Of a stretch of DNA of 64,000 nucleotides, positions 7,041-16,708 are shown in pieces; the first letter of the stretch is position 1; each line of letters opens with the position of its first letter. The stretch comes from Acidimicrobiaceae bacterium (GTDB lineage: Bacteria; Actinomycetota; Acidimicrobiia; Acidimicrobiales; Aldehydirespiratoraceae): contig JAPOUM010000026.1 in NCBI GenBank assembly GCA_026708645.1, positions 513 to 64,512 on the forward strand, given 5' to 3'. Below the pieces are notes generated by a model. The model had not been told where the DNA came from and made no database searches. It saw only the letters and a program-made list of their open reading frames with translations. The position numbers were made by a program, and so were the translations under genes.

Positions 7041-8449
7041 ACGTGTTGGCGAGTCGTTATGCCGGCACGGCCATGCGTGCCTTGTGGGCGCCGGAGCATC
7101 GTGTCGTGCTCGAGCGCCGCCTGTGGCTGGCGGTCCTGGAGGCGCAACGCCTGCTGGGTCTCGATGTCGAGCAGCCTGTGGCAGACGCCTACCGAGATGT
7201 GCTCGAGCAGGTCGACCTCGAGTCGATAGCCGCCCGTGAAGCAGTGACGCGCCATGACGTGAAAGCTCGCATCGACGAGTTCTGCGCGTTGGCGGGCCAT
7301 GAGGCGATCCATCTGGGCATGACCTCACGCGACGTCACCGAGAACACCGAACAGCTCCTGATCGTCGAATCTCTGAAAGTGGTCCGAGACGGTCTGGTGG
7401 CGACGCTGGCTCGTCTGGCCGACCTGGCCGCAACCCATGCCGAGACCCTGATGGTGGCGCGCACCCACAATGTCGCCGCGCAGGCCACCACCCTGGGGAA
7501 GCGCTTCGCCGACGCGGCAGCCGAAACCCTGGTCGGCTACCAGCGGATCACGGAGCTCTTGCAGCGCTATCGGTTGCGCGGCATCAAGGGCGCGGTCGGA
7601 ACACAGCAGGACCAGCTCGATCTGCTCGGGTCCGTGGAAGCCGTCGATTCCTTGGAGCGGATCGTGGCCGAGCGTCTCGGTTGGGGAGGCGTGCTCGAGG
7701 CTTCGGGCCAGGTTTATCCGCGTTCGTTGGATCTGGATGTGGTGACGGCGCTGCTGCAGGCGGTCTCCGGTGTCGGGTCGCTGGCAACGACTCTGCGGCT
7801 CATGGCCGGGCACGGGCTCGTGTCGGAAGGCTTCCGTGACGGCCAGGTCGGCTCGTCGGTCATGCCCCACAAAGTCAACGCGCGCTCCTGCGAACGCATC
7901 GCTGCGCTGCGGGCAGTGCTGAACGGGCATGTCGCAGTCGCGGCCTCGTTGGCGGGGACCCAATGGAACGAGGGCGACGTGAGCTGTTCAGCGGCTCGCC
8001 GGGTGATGCTGCCCGATGCGTTCTGCGCGGCTGACGGCATTTTGCACACCGCGCTGGGCGTGCTAGCCGAACTGCAGATCAACGAGGCCGCTCTGACATC
8101 AGAGTTCGAGCGTTATGAGCCTCTGCTGATCACGACGCGCCTGCTCGGGGCTTTGACCCGGGCAGGGATGGGCCGCGAAGCCGCCCATGCAGCGCTCTCC
8201 GGACCCGCGCGGCGGGCTGCGCAGCACGCCTGCGGCGAAGAGTCCGCCGGCTTGGAGTCGCTGATCGACGAACTTGCCGAGGATCCGCTGGTGCCGCTGG
8301 ATCGATCCGATCTGGCCGGCTTGACGGCGGACCGGCACCGCCTGGCGGGAACCGCGGCCCAGCAGGTGGAGCGTGTCGTCGCCGCGGCACATGAAGTGAC
8401 GCGCCATCATCCGCAGGCCGCGCAACAGAAAGCCGAGGTCCGCCTGTGA
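7019..8449 (+). CDS. purB: Adenylosuccinate lyase
   Basis: 476 aa. Contains the fumarate-lyase superfamily signature region GSSVMPHKVNA. The N-terminal NVLASRY and the length are typical of PurB. Confidence 0.9.
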   Translation: MSPDSVPNVLASRYAGTAMRALWAPEHRVVLERRLWLAVLEAQRLLGLDVEQPVADAYRDVLEQVDLESIAAREAVTRHDVKARIDEFCALAGHEAIHLGMTSRDVTENTEQLLIVESLKVVRDGLVATLARLADLAATHAETLMVARTHNVAAQATTLGKRFADAAAETLVGYQRITELLQRYRLRGIKGAVGTQQDQLDLLGSVEAVDSLERIVAERLGWGGVLEASGQVYPRSLDLDVVTALLQAVSGVGSLATTLRLMAGHGLVSEGFRDGQVGSSVMPHKVNARSCERIAALRAVLNGHVAVAASLAGTQWNEGDVSCSAARRVMLPDAFCAADGILHTALGVLAELQINEAALTSEFERYEPLLITTRLLGALTRAGMGREAAHAALSGPARRAAQHACGEESAGLESLIDELAEDPLVPLDRSDLAGLTADRHRLAGTAAQQVERVVAAAHEVTRHHPQAAQQKAEVRL

Positions 8450-8484
8450 CTCAGGCGAACCTCCAGCCTTCCAAAATCACGGCC

Positions 8485-8575
8485 GCAGCCTGGCCGCAGA
8501 TCAGCAGCCGCAGCACAGCCGCAGATCGGCTGCAAATCAAGCTCGTAGCCCGGCTGCAGATCAGCAGCCGCGGCT
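8485..8575. repeat. Intergenic GCCGCAGATC(A/G)GC repeats between convergent genes
   Basis: GCCGCAGATCAGCAGCCGC, GCCGCAGATCGGCTGC and GCTGCAGATCAGCAGCCGC lie within 90 bp, and short hairpins are possible. Confidence 0.55.
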
Positions 8576-8586
8576 GACGAATCCGA

Positions 8587-9012
8587 TCAGGCGCCGCCTC
8601 GCGTGATGCCGGCGCGCTTCAACACCGAAGCAGGGACATTCACCTCACGCCAGGCGGCGTAAGTGATTCCCTTGCGTCCGCTGTAGGACACCGCGACATC
8701 CACGAAGCGGTCCTCGAGTGCGCTGATGTCGACGTCCTCAGTCGGAACGGACAAGGCGCGCTCAAGGTCGATGCGCTCCTGAATGAGTTGAACCCGCCGT
8801 ATCGGCGCAGCTGACTCCAGAGCGTCGCTGATGGCTTCCATGCGATTGCGGATTGATTCTGCGGTGCGCTGGCGGCCCCGCTTGGGCTTGTGCGCCTCAA
8901 GGGCTTCGAGGTATTCACCCACAGCTCGGTTCTCTTCGCGAGCTTTGGCGTTCGCCGCCCGGTGCTCATCTGACATGTATCGTACCAATGCCTTGTCCTT
9001 TCGCTGGTACAT
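8587..9012 (-). CDS. Conserved hypothetical protein (helical; C-terminal GRKGITYAAWREVNVPASVLKRAGI)
   Basis: ORF 8587-9183 trimmed to the ATG at 9012 (an alternative ATG is at 8976). An AT-rich putative promoter lies just upstream. I could not name a family. Confidence 0.5.
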   Translation of the reverse strand: MYQRKDKALVRYMSDEHRAANAKAREENRAVGEYLEALEAHKPKRGRQRTAESIRNRMEAISDALESAAPIRRVQLIQERIDLERALSVPTEDVDISALEDRFVDVAVSYSGRKGITYAAWREVNVPASVLKRAGITRGGA

Positions 9013-9202
9013 GATTTGTGAGAACAATACTATTGGCGTGTCCGCGAATTCAGACGCCTCGTCGGCACGATTATTTTCGTTCGGGAATGTGCCTCTCCAC
9101 AACAGGGGCGATCGAACAGGAGAGTCAATAGCGTCATCACTGTCGCAGGCCGCCGGCGCAGGCACATGAACCGCGAATCTCAAGACACGGAGGGGCGCCC
9201 GA

Positions 9203-9367
9203 ATGGAGACCCCTACTCCTGCCTATTCCATAACAATCAAGGTGTCTCGAGGCAACCGCCCCGGCACTCTGGGCCGTTTCGCCTCGGCGGTCGGCGCCGC
9301 CAGCGGCAACATCGAGATCAATCCGCTCTGCTCGGTGGAGGATGCTCACGACTTGGTGATGGCCTGA
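9203..9367 (+). pseudogene. 54-codon ACT-domain-like fragment (possible N-terminal remnant of an ACT-containing enzyme such as malic enzyme)
   Basis: ITIKVSRGNRPGTLGRFASAVGAASGNIE resembles the beta-alpha-beta start of an ACT domain. It is too short for a full domain and ends 85 bp before the convergent ilvD stop. Confidence 0.3.
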
Positions 9368-9451
9368 AGGGCGCCGATGTTTTGTCGGCGTTTCGGCGCC
9401 GGGTGTCCTCACACAGCGCGGTTCGAATGCCAGTGTCCGTCGTGCGGCGTC

Positions 9452-11305
9452 TCAGCTCTTGAGGCGGGACACGTCGCGCACAGCGCCCTTGTCGGCTGAC
9501 GTGGCCATGGCGGCGTAAGCCTGCAAAGCGGCCGACACTTCACGTCGGCGCGCCCGCGGCTTCCAGCCGTCGCTGCGGGTTTCGTGTTCGTCTCGGCGGC
9601 GTTGCAGCTCGGCTTCGTCCACCCGCAGATTGACTGTGCGTTCGGGAATGTCGATGTCGATGATGTCGCCGTCGCGGATCAGCGCTATCGCCCCGCCCTC
9701 GGCCGCTTCAGGGGATGCGTGACCGATAGAGAGCCCCGAGGTCCCTCCCGAGAAGCGTCCGTCGGTGAACAGCGCGCACTGCTTGCCCAGCCCTCGTGAC
9801 TTGATGTACGAAGTGGGATAGAGCATCTCTTGCATGCCCGGGCCGCCGCGCGGGCCTTCATAGCGCACGATCACCACATCGCCGGGTTGTATCCCGTTGT
9901 CGGTGTCGAGAATCCCGTCGCACGCCTCTTCTTGGCTCTCGAAAACTCTCGCAGGACCCGAGAACCGCATGATCGAAGAGTCGACGCCGGCGGTCTTGAC
10001 GATGCAGCCGTCGGCGGCGATGTTGCCGTAGAGCACTGCGAGCCCGCCGTCGGCGTTGTACGGGTCGGCTGCTGAGCGGATGCAGCCGTTGCTGCGGTCG
10101 GTGTCGAGCGTCGGCCATCTGCTCGACTGGCTGAACGGCTGCTGCGTGGCAATGCCCGCGGGCCCCGCCTTGAAGAACTCGACCACCTCGGCGGAAGGGT
10201 CGCGCCTCACGTCCCAGACCTGCAAGGCGTCGGCCAGCGTGTCCGCATGCACGGTGCTCACCGAAGTGTCGAGCAGTCCGCCGCGGTCGAGCTCTCCGAG
10301 GATGCCCATGATCCCCCCGGCGCGGTGCACGTCCTCGACATGGAACTCCTCGGTGGAGGGCGCCACTTTGCAGATGTTGGGGGTGCTGCGGCTGAGCCGG
10401 TCGATGTCGGCCATCGTGAAGTCCACCTGCCCCTCCCGGGCGGCGGCCAGGATGTGCAGCACCGTGTTGGTGGAGCCGCCCATGGCGATGTCGAGGCGCA
10501 TGGCGTTCTCGAAAGCGGCTTTGGTGGCGATGCGGCGCGGCAGCACCGACTCGTCGTCCTTCTCGTAGTGGCGCCGAGCCAGGTCGACGACCCGCCGCCC
10601 GGCCTCGCGGAACAGTTCCCGCCGGTCCGAGTGCGTGGCCAGGGTGGTGCCGTTGCCGGGCAGCGACAGCCCCAGCGCCTCGGTGAGGCAGTTCATGGAG
10701 TTGGCGGTGAACATCCCCGAGCACGATCCGCAGGTGGGGCACGCGGCGCGTTCCATTTCCAGCAAGTCCTCGTCGCTCACCGTCGGGTCGCCTGCGGAGA
10801 TCATCGGGTTGATCAAGTCGAGCTTCACGCTGACCCCGGCCAGCTTGGTCTTGCCGGCTTCCATCGGCCCGCCCGACACGAACACGGTCGGCACGTTGAG
10901 CCGCATCGCCGCCATCAGCATGCCCGGAGTGATCTTGTCGCAGTTGGAGATGCAGACCAGCGCGTCGGCGCAGTGGGCGTTGACCATGTACTCGACCGAG
11001 TCGGCTATCAAGTCGCGGCTCGGCAGGCTGTAGAGCATCCCGCTGTGGCCCATGGCGATGCCGTCGTCGACTGCGATGGTGTTGAATTCTTTGGCCACGC
11101 CCCCCGCGTCGGTTATCTCGTCGGCCACCAGCTTGCCGAGATCGCGCAGATGCACGTGACCGGGCACGAACTGGGTGAACGAGTTGGCCACGGCCACGAT
11201 CGGCTTGTCGAAGTCGTCGTCGGTCATGCCGGTGGCGCGCCACAGGGCGCGCGCCCCGGCCATGTTGCGGCCCTGGGTGGTGGTGTGGGATCGAAGCTGC
11301 GGCAT
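9452..11305 (-). CDS. ilvD: Dihydroxy-acid dehydratase
   Basis: 617 aa. The N-terminus [22 protein letters not shown] and the conserved cysteines (CDKITPG, CPTCGSC) are typical of IlvD. Confidence 0.92.
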   Translation of the reverse strand: MPQLRSHTTTQGRNMAGARALWRATGMTDDDFDKPIVAVANSFTQFVPGHVHLRDLGKLVADEITDAGGVAKEFNTIAVDDGIAMGHSGMLYSLPSRDLIADSVEYMVNAHCADALVCISNCDKITPGMLMAAMRLNVPTVFVSGGPMEAGKTKLAGVSVKLDLINPMISAGDPTVSDEDLLEMERAACPTCGSCSGMFTANSMNCLTEALGLSLPGNGTTLATHSDRRELFREAGRRVVDLARRHYEKDDESVLPRRIATKAAFENAMRLDIAMGGSTNTVLHILAAAREGQVDFTMADIDRLSRSTPNICKVAPSTEEFHVEDVHRAGGIMGILGELDRGGLLDTSVSTVHADTLADALQVWDVRRDPSAEVVEFFKAGPAGIATQQPFSQSSRWPTLDTDRSNGCIRSAADPYNADGGLAVLYGNIAADGCIVKTAGVDSSIMRFSGPARVFESQEEACDGILDTDNGIQPGDVVIVRYEGPRGGPGMQEMLYPTSYIKSRGLGKQCALFTDGRFSGGTSGLSIGHASPEAAEGGAIALIRDGDIIDIDIPERTVNLRVDEAELQRRRDEHETRSDGWKPRARRREVSAALQAYAAMATSADKGAVRDVSRLKS

Positions 11306-11404
11306 GGCAGGAACCCTACCGAGCCACGGCCGGCGGAGGCCAATCCGCCGAAGTTCAGAAATTTGAGGTTGTGATCTGATGTGTAATAAAGTTATATTAG
11401 ATGT

Positions 11405-11842
11405 ATGAGCACAAACTACGTTCCATCAGATGATTTCCTGAAGTATTTAGCGAACACGGCTCGGGAGTTGGCTGAGATGGGCAGACGCGCGGAGCGTGCT
11501 ATGGAAAAGCGCCACGCCGCGGTAGTCGCCTCTCGGGAAGACTCGAGGCGGGCCAGAGAGGCTCTGCTCGAGGCTGCGTCGGGGCTCCATGTTATGGCAT
11601 CGAGCCTCAACGACTTCAACAAGACGGCTTATCAGGCCACTGAGCAGGCCACGGCGTCGCTGGTGGAATTCTTCGAGGAATACAAGAAGGACATGAGACG
11701 CCTGGCAGAGTTGAGCGACATGATGGCGGCCTATCTGTCGGCGCCGCCTGACGACGGCCTTGAATCCGGAGACGAGCCGTCCGACCCGCCGCTAGGAGAC
11801 GAGCCGTCCGACCTGTTGGCAGAAGACGACCCGACCGAGTAG
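11405..11842 (+). CDS. Hypothetical helical protein with an acidic GDEPSD-repeat tail
   Basis: 145-aa ORF preceded by an AT-rich stretch (11360-11404). The 5' end has lower GC. No family recognised. Confidence 0.45.
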   Translation: MSTNYVPSDDFLKYLANTARELAEMGRRAERAMEKRHAAVVASREDSRRAREALLEAASGLHVMASSLNDFNKTAYQATEQATASLVEFFEEYKKDMRRLAELSDMMAAYLSAPPDDGLESGDEPSDPPLGDEPSDLLAEDDPTE

Positions 11843-11870
11843 CTGCCGCGACAGCTCAGCTGAAGGCGTC

Positions 11871-13187
11871 TCAGGCGGTCGCTGCCACCGGCTTGGAAGG
11901 CGTGAACGCCGCGTGCAGATGCTTGATGCCGTGAATGAAAGCCGACGAGAGCAGTTCGGGCTCGCCGAGGGCCTCGATGTCGCCGAGGCGCGCGAGCAGT
12001 TCCCGGTACATCACCTTGATCTGGCGTCGGGCCAGGTGCGCTCCCAGGCAGAAATGCGGGCCGGGGCCTCCGAAGCCGACATGCGGGTTCGGGTCGCGTC
12101 GCACGTCGAAGGCAAGCGGATCGTCGAACACCGACTCGTCGCGGTTGGCGCTCAGATAGTTCATGGCCACCATTTCGCCCTCGCTGATCTTGACGCCCTC
12201 GATGGTGGTGTCGCACAGCGCGGTGCGCCGCATGTAGGTGACCGGGCTGGCGATGCGCACGATCTCCTCGACGGCGCTGTCGGCTACCGCCTCGAAGTCG
12301 TCGGCCCAGACGCGGCGCTGATCGGGATGCTCGGTGAGGTAGATGAGCGCCCAGCTGATCGAGTTGCGGGTCGTCTCGTTGCCGGCCACCAAAAGCAGGA
12401 TGAAGAAGCTGGCCAGTTCGGCGCGGGTCAGCCGCTCGCCGTCGACTTCGGCGTTGACGAGCACGCTGGTCAGGTCGTCGTCGTTGCTGCCGATTTTGGA
12501 GTCGGCAACATCGTCCATGAGCCGGGTCAGTTCCGCGCCCGCGGTGAGGATGGCGGTTATGAGGCCGTCTAGATCGGGGACGTACTCTTCGTCGGCGGCG
12601 CCGAGTATCACATTCGACTGGTCGAACACGAAGTCGTGATGCGAGGCCGGGACGCCCATGAGGTCGCACACGATCCGCAGCGGCAGCCGGGCGGCCACGT
12701 CGGTGACGAAGTCGCAGCTGCCTCTTTCGCAGATCTCGTCGACGATCATCCGAGCCTGTCCGTTGATCGAGTCGTCGAGCTGTGCCAGCATCCTGGGCGT
12801 GAATCCGGCCGACACGAGGCGTCGCAGCCGGGCGTGGCGCGGGTCGTCCATGGTGATGATCGAGTTGAAATACTCGTTGAACTCCGGAGTCAGGTCGTTG
12901 ACGGTCACCCCTCGGGCCGAGGAGAAGATCTCAGGCTTGCGAGAGATCTCGAGGATCGGTGCATGACGTGCGACGACCCAGGCGCCCGGTGTGTGAATGC
13001 TCGACAGCGCGCCGGTGAAATCGAAGCCGGGGAAGAACGTCAGCGGCTCTGAGCGCAGCTTCTGGAGTTCGGCTTCGATCTCGCTGCGGTGACGCCGCCA
13101 GAAGGCGGTATGCAGCGGGTTGTGCGGGTCGGGCCGCACCATCGGCGCCGACTCGGCCGTCGGGGGCTCGGTTGTGACGGTCGTCAT
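11871..13187 (-). CDS. Cytochrome P450
   Basis: Haem-thiolate loop FGGPGPHFCLGAHLAR. I-helix LLLVAGNETT. An ExxR motif is present. Confidence 0.9.
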   Translation of the reverse strand: MTTVTTEPPTAESAPMVRPDPHNPLHTAFWRRHRSEIEAELQKLRSEPLTFFPGFDFTGALSSIHTPGAWVVARHAPILEISRKPEIFSSARGVTVNDLTPEFNEYFNSIITMDDPRHARLRRLVSAGFTPRMLAQLDDSINGQARMIVDEICERGSCDFVTDVAARLPLRIVCDLMGVPASHHDFVFDQSNVILGAADEEYVPDLDGLITAILTAGAELTRLMDDVADSKIGSNDDDLTSVLVNAEVDGERLTRAELASFFILLLVAGNETTRNSISWALIYLTEHPDQRRVWADDFEAVADSAVEEIVRIASPVTYMRRTALCDTTIEGVKISEGEMVAMNYLSANRDESVFDDPLAFDVRRDPNPHVGFGGPGPHFCLGAHLARRQIKVMYRELLARLGDIEALGEPELLSSAFIHGIKHLHAAFTPSKPVAATA

Positions 13188-13253
13188 GGTGCTCGCAGAT
13201 CGGTCAAGAACTCAGGGCGCGGCCCGGTGAGCGGTCCGGCGTGTCCGTCGATG

Positions 13254-13329
13254 TGGTGGTCGGGCGCGGCGTCGATCCGCGGACCTTCCGCTTTTCAGGC
13301 GGACGCTCTGCCAACTGAGCTACCCGACC
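13254..13329 (-). tRNA. tRNA-Phe (GAA), CCA encoded
   Basis: The reverse complement reads GGTCGGGTAGCTCAGTTGGCAGAGCGTCCGCCTGAAAAGCGGAAGGTCCGCGGATCGACGCCGCGCCCGACCACCA. It folds as a cloverleaf with a GAA anticodon. Confidence 0.9.
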
Positions 13330-13363
13330 GGGGTGTGCCGCCGGCTCATGAAAGCCGGCAACG

Positions 13364-13438
13364 CGGTCCTGACGGGATTTGAACCCGCGGCCTCCACCTT
13401 GACAGGGTGGCGATCACTCCAGACTGATCTACAGGACC
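13364..13438 (-). tRNA. tRNA-Asp (GTC)
   Basis: The reverse complement reads GGTCCTGTAGATCAGTCTGGAGTGATCGCCACCCTGTCAAGGTGGAGGCCGCGGGTTCAAATCCCGTCAGGACCG. Confidence 0.9.
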
Positions 13439-13493
13439 TGGCGCACGACGAGCGTGCGGAACCCGAAACGCTAGCGAACCGCCGCGCCGCTCG

Positions 13494-13566
13494 CACCCCC
13501 AACGGGATTCGAACCCGTGTTTCCGGCGTGAAAGGCCGGCGTCCTAGGCCGCTGGACGATGGGGGC
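13494..13566 (-). tRNA. tRNA-Glu (TTC)
   Basis: The reverse complement reads GCCCCCATCGTCCAGCGGCCTAGGACGCCGGCCTTTCACGCCGGAAACACGGGTTCGAATCCCGTTGGGGGTG. Confidence 0.9.
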
Positions 13567-13645
13567 ATGTCGACATTGACCGACAGATCAGGTTAGGCCG
13601 CTCAGGCTAGGCCTCCGGCCTGCCGCTGCCCCCGGCGCCCGGCGG

Positions 13646-14552
13646 TCAGGTCTCTGAGAAGCCGCTGCCCTCTTCGAATTGAAGAGTTTGAGTGTTCTCG
13701 GCGACGGTCTGGACGGTGTGCTCGGAGAAACCTTCAGGATTGCGGATCTCGACTTCCACCCTCACTTCGGCCTCGATGTCGGGCTGTTTCAGGAGGTGGG
13801 TGAGAACTTCTTCGCTGATCGTAGTGAACGCCTTGGTGGGCCGTTCGGGGTCGAGCTTGACCGAGCCCCGGAACGCGGTGAGCGGCGTCGGGTTCCAGAA
13901 CGACCAGACGGGCGCGGGGCTCGTCGGCCACGTCCGCTCCCCCGGCCGGCGCATAGTGGATGCTAGCGAACTCGCTTCTTGCGCGCGGCTGCTCCTTCAG
14001 CTTCGCGACGATCGGCTCTCTGACTTCGTGACGGTCGCCGGCGAGCAGGCGCTCGGCGTCGTCGCGGGCGGTGCGGGTGACGTTCTGTTGGCGGTCGAAC
14101 CAGTAGCGGTCGCGGTCGACGTAGAGGTGCGGGGCTGTGGCGGCGAGTCTGTTGAGAGCGTCGGATATCGGTCCGGGCTTGTCGCCTGCGAAGGTCGCCC
14201 CGAGCCGCACGCGACGCACCTCCAAGCCTTGATTCGTGGCGCCCACGTTGGGGGTGGCGCCCACGAATATGGCGCGGGCGACCCGTCGGGTGGCGTGCAG
14301 CGCTCCCAGGTGGGGCGTCTCGCGGTCGATCTTGAAAGACGATGATTCACGGCCGTCGACGTCGGCGTCGATCACCGGGTGCCAGTAGTCGGGGAGCCTG
14401 CCGGCTAGTTCGCTAGTGACTCGTGGATCGCCCAACGGGATCGAGCAGGGCAGGATCAGCGGGGAGCTGTCCTCGCTGCGCAGCAGCGAGTCGATTCCTG
14501 CCCGCGTCCGTCCGTCCTCGCCATGTGCTTCGACACGAACGGTTGCAAGCAT
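13646..14552 (-). pseudogene. Truncated, frameshifted C-terminal remnant of a DUF499-type ATPase (restriction-like system component)
   Basis: Two overlapping frames (13734-14552 and 13646-13954). Segments such as LYVDRDRYWFDRQQN, ADVADEPRARLVVLEP and the tail VQTVAENTQTLQFEEGSGFSE match my recollection of DUF499 C-terminal regions. The ~700-aa N-terminal part is absent. Confidence 0.5.
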
Positions 14553-14636
14553 TGCGCCAGCAGGTCGAAAGCGTCCCCCACCCGAGCCCGATTGCTAACC
14601 TCCGCCACAGCTCAAAAACTCACGCCGAACCGACTG

Positions 14637-15509
14637 CTAGAGAGCGTCCGGCGAAAACCGAAATGAGACTCTGCGCCCCTCAATGAGAGTCTCCACAAAG
14701 CGCAAACCCAGCAAAACGACATAGAAGGTATGCAGTCGCCACAATGCGTTCCATTCTGGCGACTGGGGTGACAAGTATGCAGCTGGTATCCCCAGAGATT
14801 TGGCCTGATCGTAGCCGATGGTTGCCGAGTGCATCGCATGGCTTTGTAGAGCTTTAGCAATCCGGTCGGTTTCTTCTGCGGAGGGAGGGGTTTGACGCAA
14901 ACTCAGCACTTCGGGAACCAGTTCCCTCGTTCGTCTGATGGCAGCCTTGGCAATCTGATAGATAACAGCATCGATGTCGGCCAAAAGAGCAGCGTAAAGC
15001 TCAAGTGCTACTGGGTTGTTTGTTGTGCGCTTCTCCAAGTCGTCTACGATTTCAACGATGTCTTTAGCAGGAATATAGGCTTGCCTTGTCGCCATTGGGA
15101 CTTGAGGATCGATCGGTCCGAGGGCCGATGAGTTGCTCATCACGACGGACTCCGCGGCCAGCGCAAGCAGTGTTGCGGCTGATGCAGCGGTGTCGGGAAC
15201 TATGACCCGGAAGTCTTGGCGTTCTGCGTGGCACATTCTGGCAAGCCTGACGGCTGTCTCGGCATCACCGCCTGGCGAAGTAAGCATAAGGTCAAGAGGC
15301 TTTTCCTGCTGAGCCTCACCAACAGCGTCGGCAAAAGGAGCTATGATGCTGTGGTCAATCTTGCCGTAGAACACGATCAATGAGCGACCGGTGAGTTCCT
15401 CGTATTTGCATATGCCCGCCTGACGCCCATAGCGGTCCGACTCGACGGCGCGAAAAAGAGGGCTTTGGGTGGGAGTCTCCGGCTCGGAAGGCTGTGTCTC
15501 AGAGGACAC
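14637..15509 (-). CDS. SDH-family Clp-fold serine protease (SppA/ClpP-like, PF01972-type)
   Basis: LDLMLTSPGGDAETAVRLARM...VIVPDTAASAATLLALAAESVVMSNSSALGPIDPQV is the characteristic core. GC is clearly lower than in the flanks. Confidence 0.75.
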   Translation of the reverse strand: MSSETQPSEPETPTQSPLFRAVESDRYGRQAGICKYEELTGRSLIVFYGKIDHSIIAPFADAVGEAQQEKPLDLMLTSPGGDAETAVRLARMCHAERQDFRVIVPDTAASAATLLALAAESVVMSNSSALGPIDPQVPMATRQAYIPAKDIVEIVDDLEKRTTNNPVALELYAALLADIDAVIYQIAKAAIRRTRELVPEVLSLRQTPPSAEETDRIAKALQSHAMHSATIGYDQAKSLGIPAAYLSPQSPEWNALWRLHTFYVVLLGLRFVETLIEGRRVSFRFSPDAL

Positions 15510-15699
15510 GCAGAGGCTCCGACGGAATTTTCAGCGGCTCTCGAGTTCGCCAGCTGCGCTCGTCGGGCTTGATGTTGGCGTAGCGCTCCGCGACTCGCGC
15601 GGCGGCGTCCTCGCGGGCTTTGCGGGCACGGGCGATACGGTCTTGCAGGGTCTCGTCGTCCTTGCGTCCCTCGGGGAGGAAGGGCGGCTCGTAGGTCAT
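15499..15699 (-). CDS. Small charged protein (66 aa) overlapping the start of the protease gene
   Basis: The ORF overlaps the downstream protease ORF by 11 nt, and a GGAGG-like sequence (GGGAGGATCACC) precedes its ATG. No family recognised. Confidence 0.45.
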   Translation of the reverse strand: MTYEPPFLPEGRKDDETLQDRIARARKAREDAAARVAERYANIKPDERSWRTREPLKIPSEPLRVL

Positions 15700-15726
15700 T
15701 GGCGGTGATCCTCCCTGAGATGTGGT

Positions 15727-15739
15727 GATATTTGATATC
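15727..15739. promoter_or_regulatory. Short palindrome GATAT-TTG-ATATC in the AT-richer leader of the small-ORF/protease pair
   Basis: Read directly from the sequence, ~30 bp upstream of the 15699 start. Confidence 0.3.
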
Positions 15740-15769
15740 TAGTGTATCGCAAGCTAACGACATGGCCGA

Positions 15770-16472
15770 TCAGCATTTCAGATGCAGCGCTTCCTGGCTT
15801 TGCGGGGGTAGAGCGGCGAGGAGGCTCATAGTGGGACAAGACTGCACCTGGTCGTTGTAGGCGAGTGCCTCGTCGGTCCAGCCTCTCTTCTCGCAGGTGG
15901 CGTAGAGGCGGTAGAGGAGCTCGCGGGCCGGGTCGGCGAGCCCTGGCGCGGCGCCGACCTCGCGGCTGCGGTTGCGCACCGCCAGCGGCGCCCGGTCGAT
16001 CTGATAGCGGCCGCCGTCCGCTCGTGCGGCCGTCCGCCGAGCTGCGTGCGAGCGGCATCGAAAAAGGCGTGAATGTGATGGGGTTGGAGGCGGCGCAACG
16101 CGACTTCGTCCATGTCGCGCCGGATGCGGTCCATGTCGGAGTAGCCGATGTTGTCAGCCGCGGAGCACCGGGTCTGTGATGGCAGCGGCAACCCGCTCGG
16201 GCACGTCGGTGTCGATGACCTGTTCGAGCTGGCGGCGCACCTCGGGCTGATCCCCGTAGCGGATTGCGTCGGGCAGCAGCCGTCGCGGCTCGCGGCCTGA
16301 GAGCACCTCGCCGACAACGTCGTAGACCTGCCCATCGAAAGCCTCGCGCAGCCTCTTCAGCGTGGCGCTCTCGCCCTCCAACTCGGCGATCGTCGCGGCG
16401 GCGGGGGTGGACGCCGGTCACCTGCACGTCGGGCTTCAGGTCCTCCAGCGGGATCGGCGGGTGCTCAGGCAC
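15770..16472 (-). pseudogene. Multiply frameshifted remnant of a DUF1156-type methyltransferase and/or partner helicase C-terminus
   Basis: Protein-like segments are scattered over three minus frames: AELEGESATLKRLREAFDGQVYDVVGEVL...IRYGDQPEVRRQLEQV, then RLQPHHIHAFFDAARTQLGG, then ARELLYRLYATCEKRGWTDEALAYNDQV. The last resembles DUF1156 methylase ends as I recall them. Confidence 0.35.
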
Positions 16473-16571
16473 TCGTCGAGCATACGGCGACGCCTGACGT
16501 GCTCAGGCGTGACAGCACCCACAGCGCTGTGCGTGCGAGGCCGTCCATCTTGAGAGGCAGCTGCAGCGTCC

Positions 16572-16623
16572 GGCTTGCGCTGGGCGATGTTGCCGCTGGC
16601 TTGCGCTGGGCGATGTTGCCGCG
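16572..16623. repeat. Tandem 26-bp repeat x2 (plus a partial third)
   Basis: GGCTTGCGCTGGGCGATGTTGCCGC(T/G) lies at 16572-16597 and 16598-16623, followed by GCTTGCGTT. It is ~90 bp upstream of the GPP34-P450 gene. Confidence 0.8.
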
Positions 16624-16708
16624 GCTTGCGTTATGATAACCTTGTGCCAAACATTGCGAACCGCACTGATTGCGTTGCTCTTGACGGCAGAGCCCGAAAG
16701 GATATTCG

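Noticed and set aside
9858-11374. Long ORFs 9858-11243 (-) and 10247-11374 (+) overlapping ilvD.
   Set aside because: They are alternative-frame and antisense shadows of a clearly recognisable ilvD. The products are Arg/His-rich and not protein-like.
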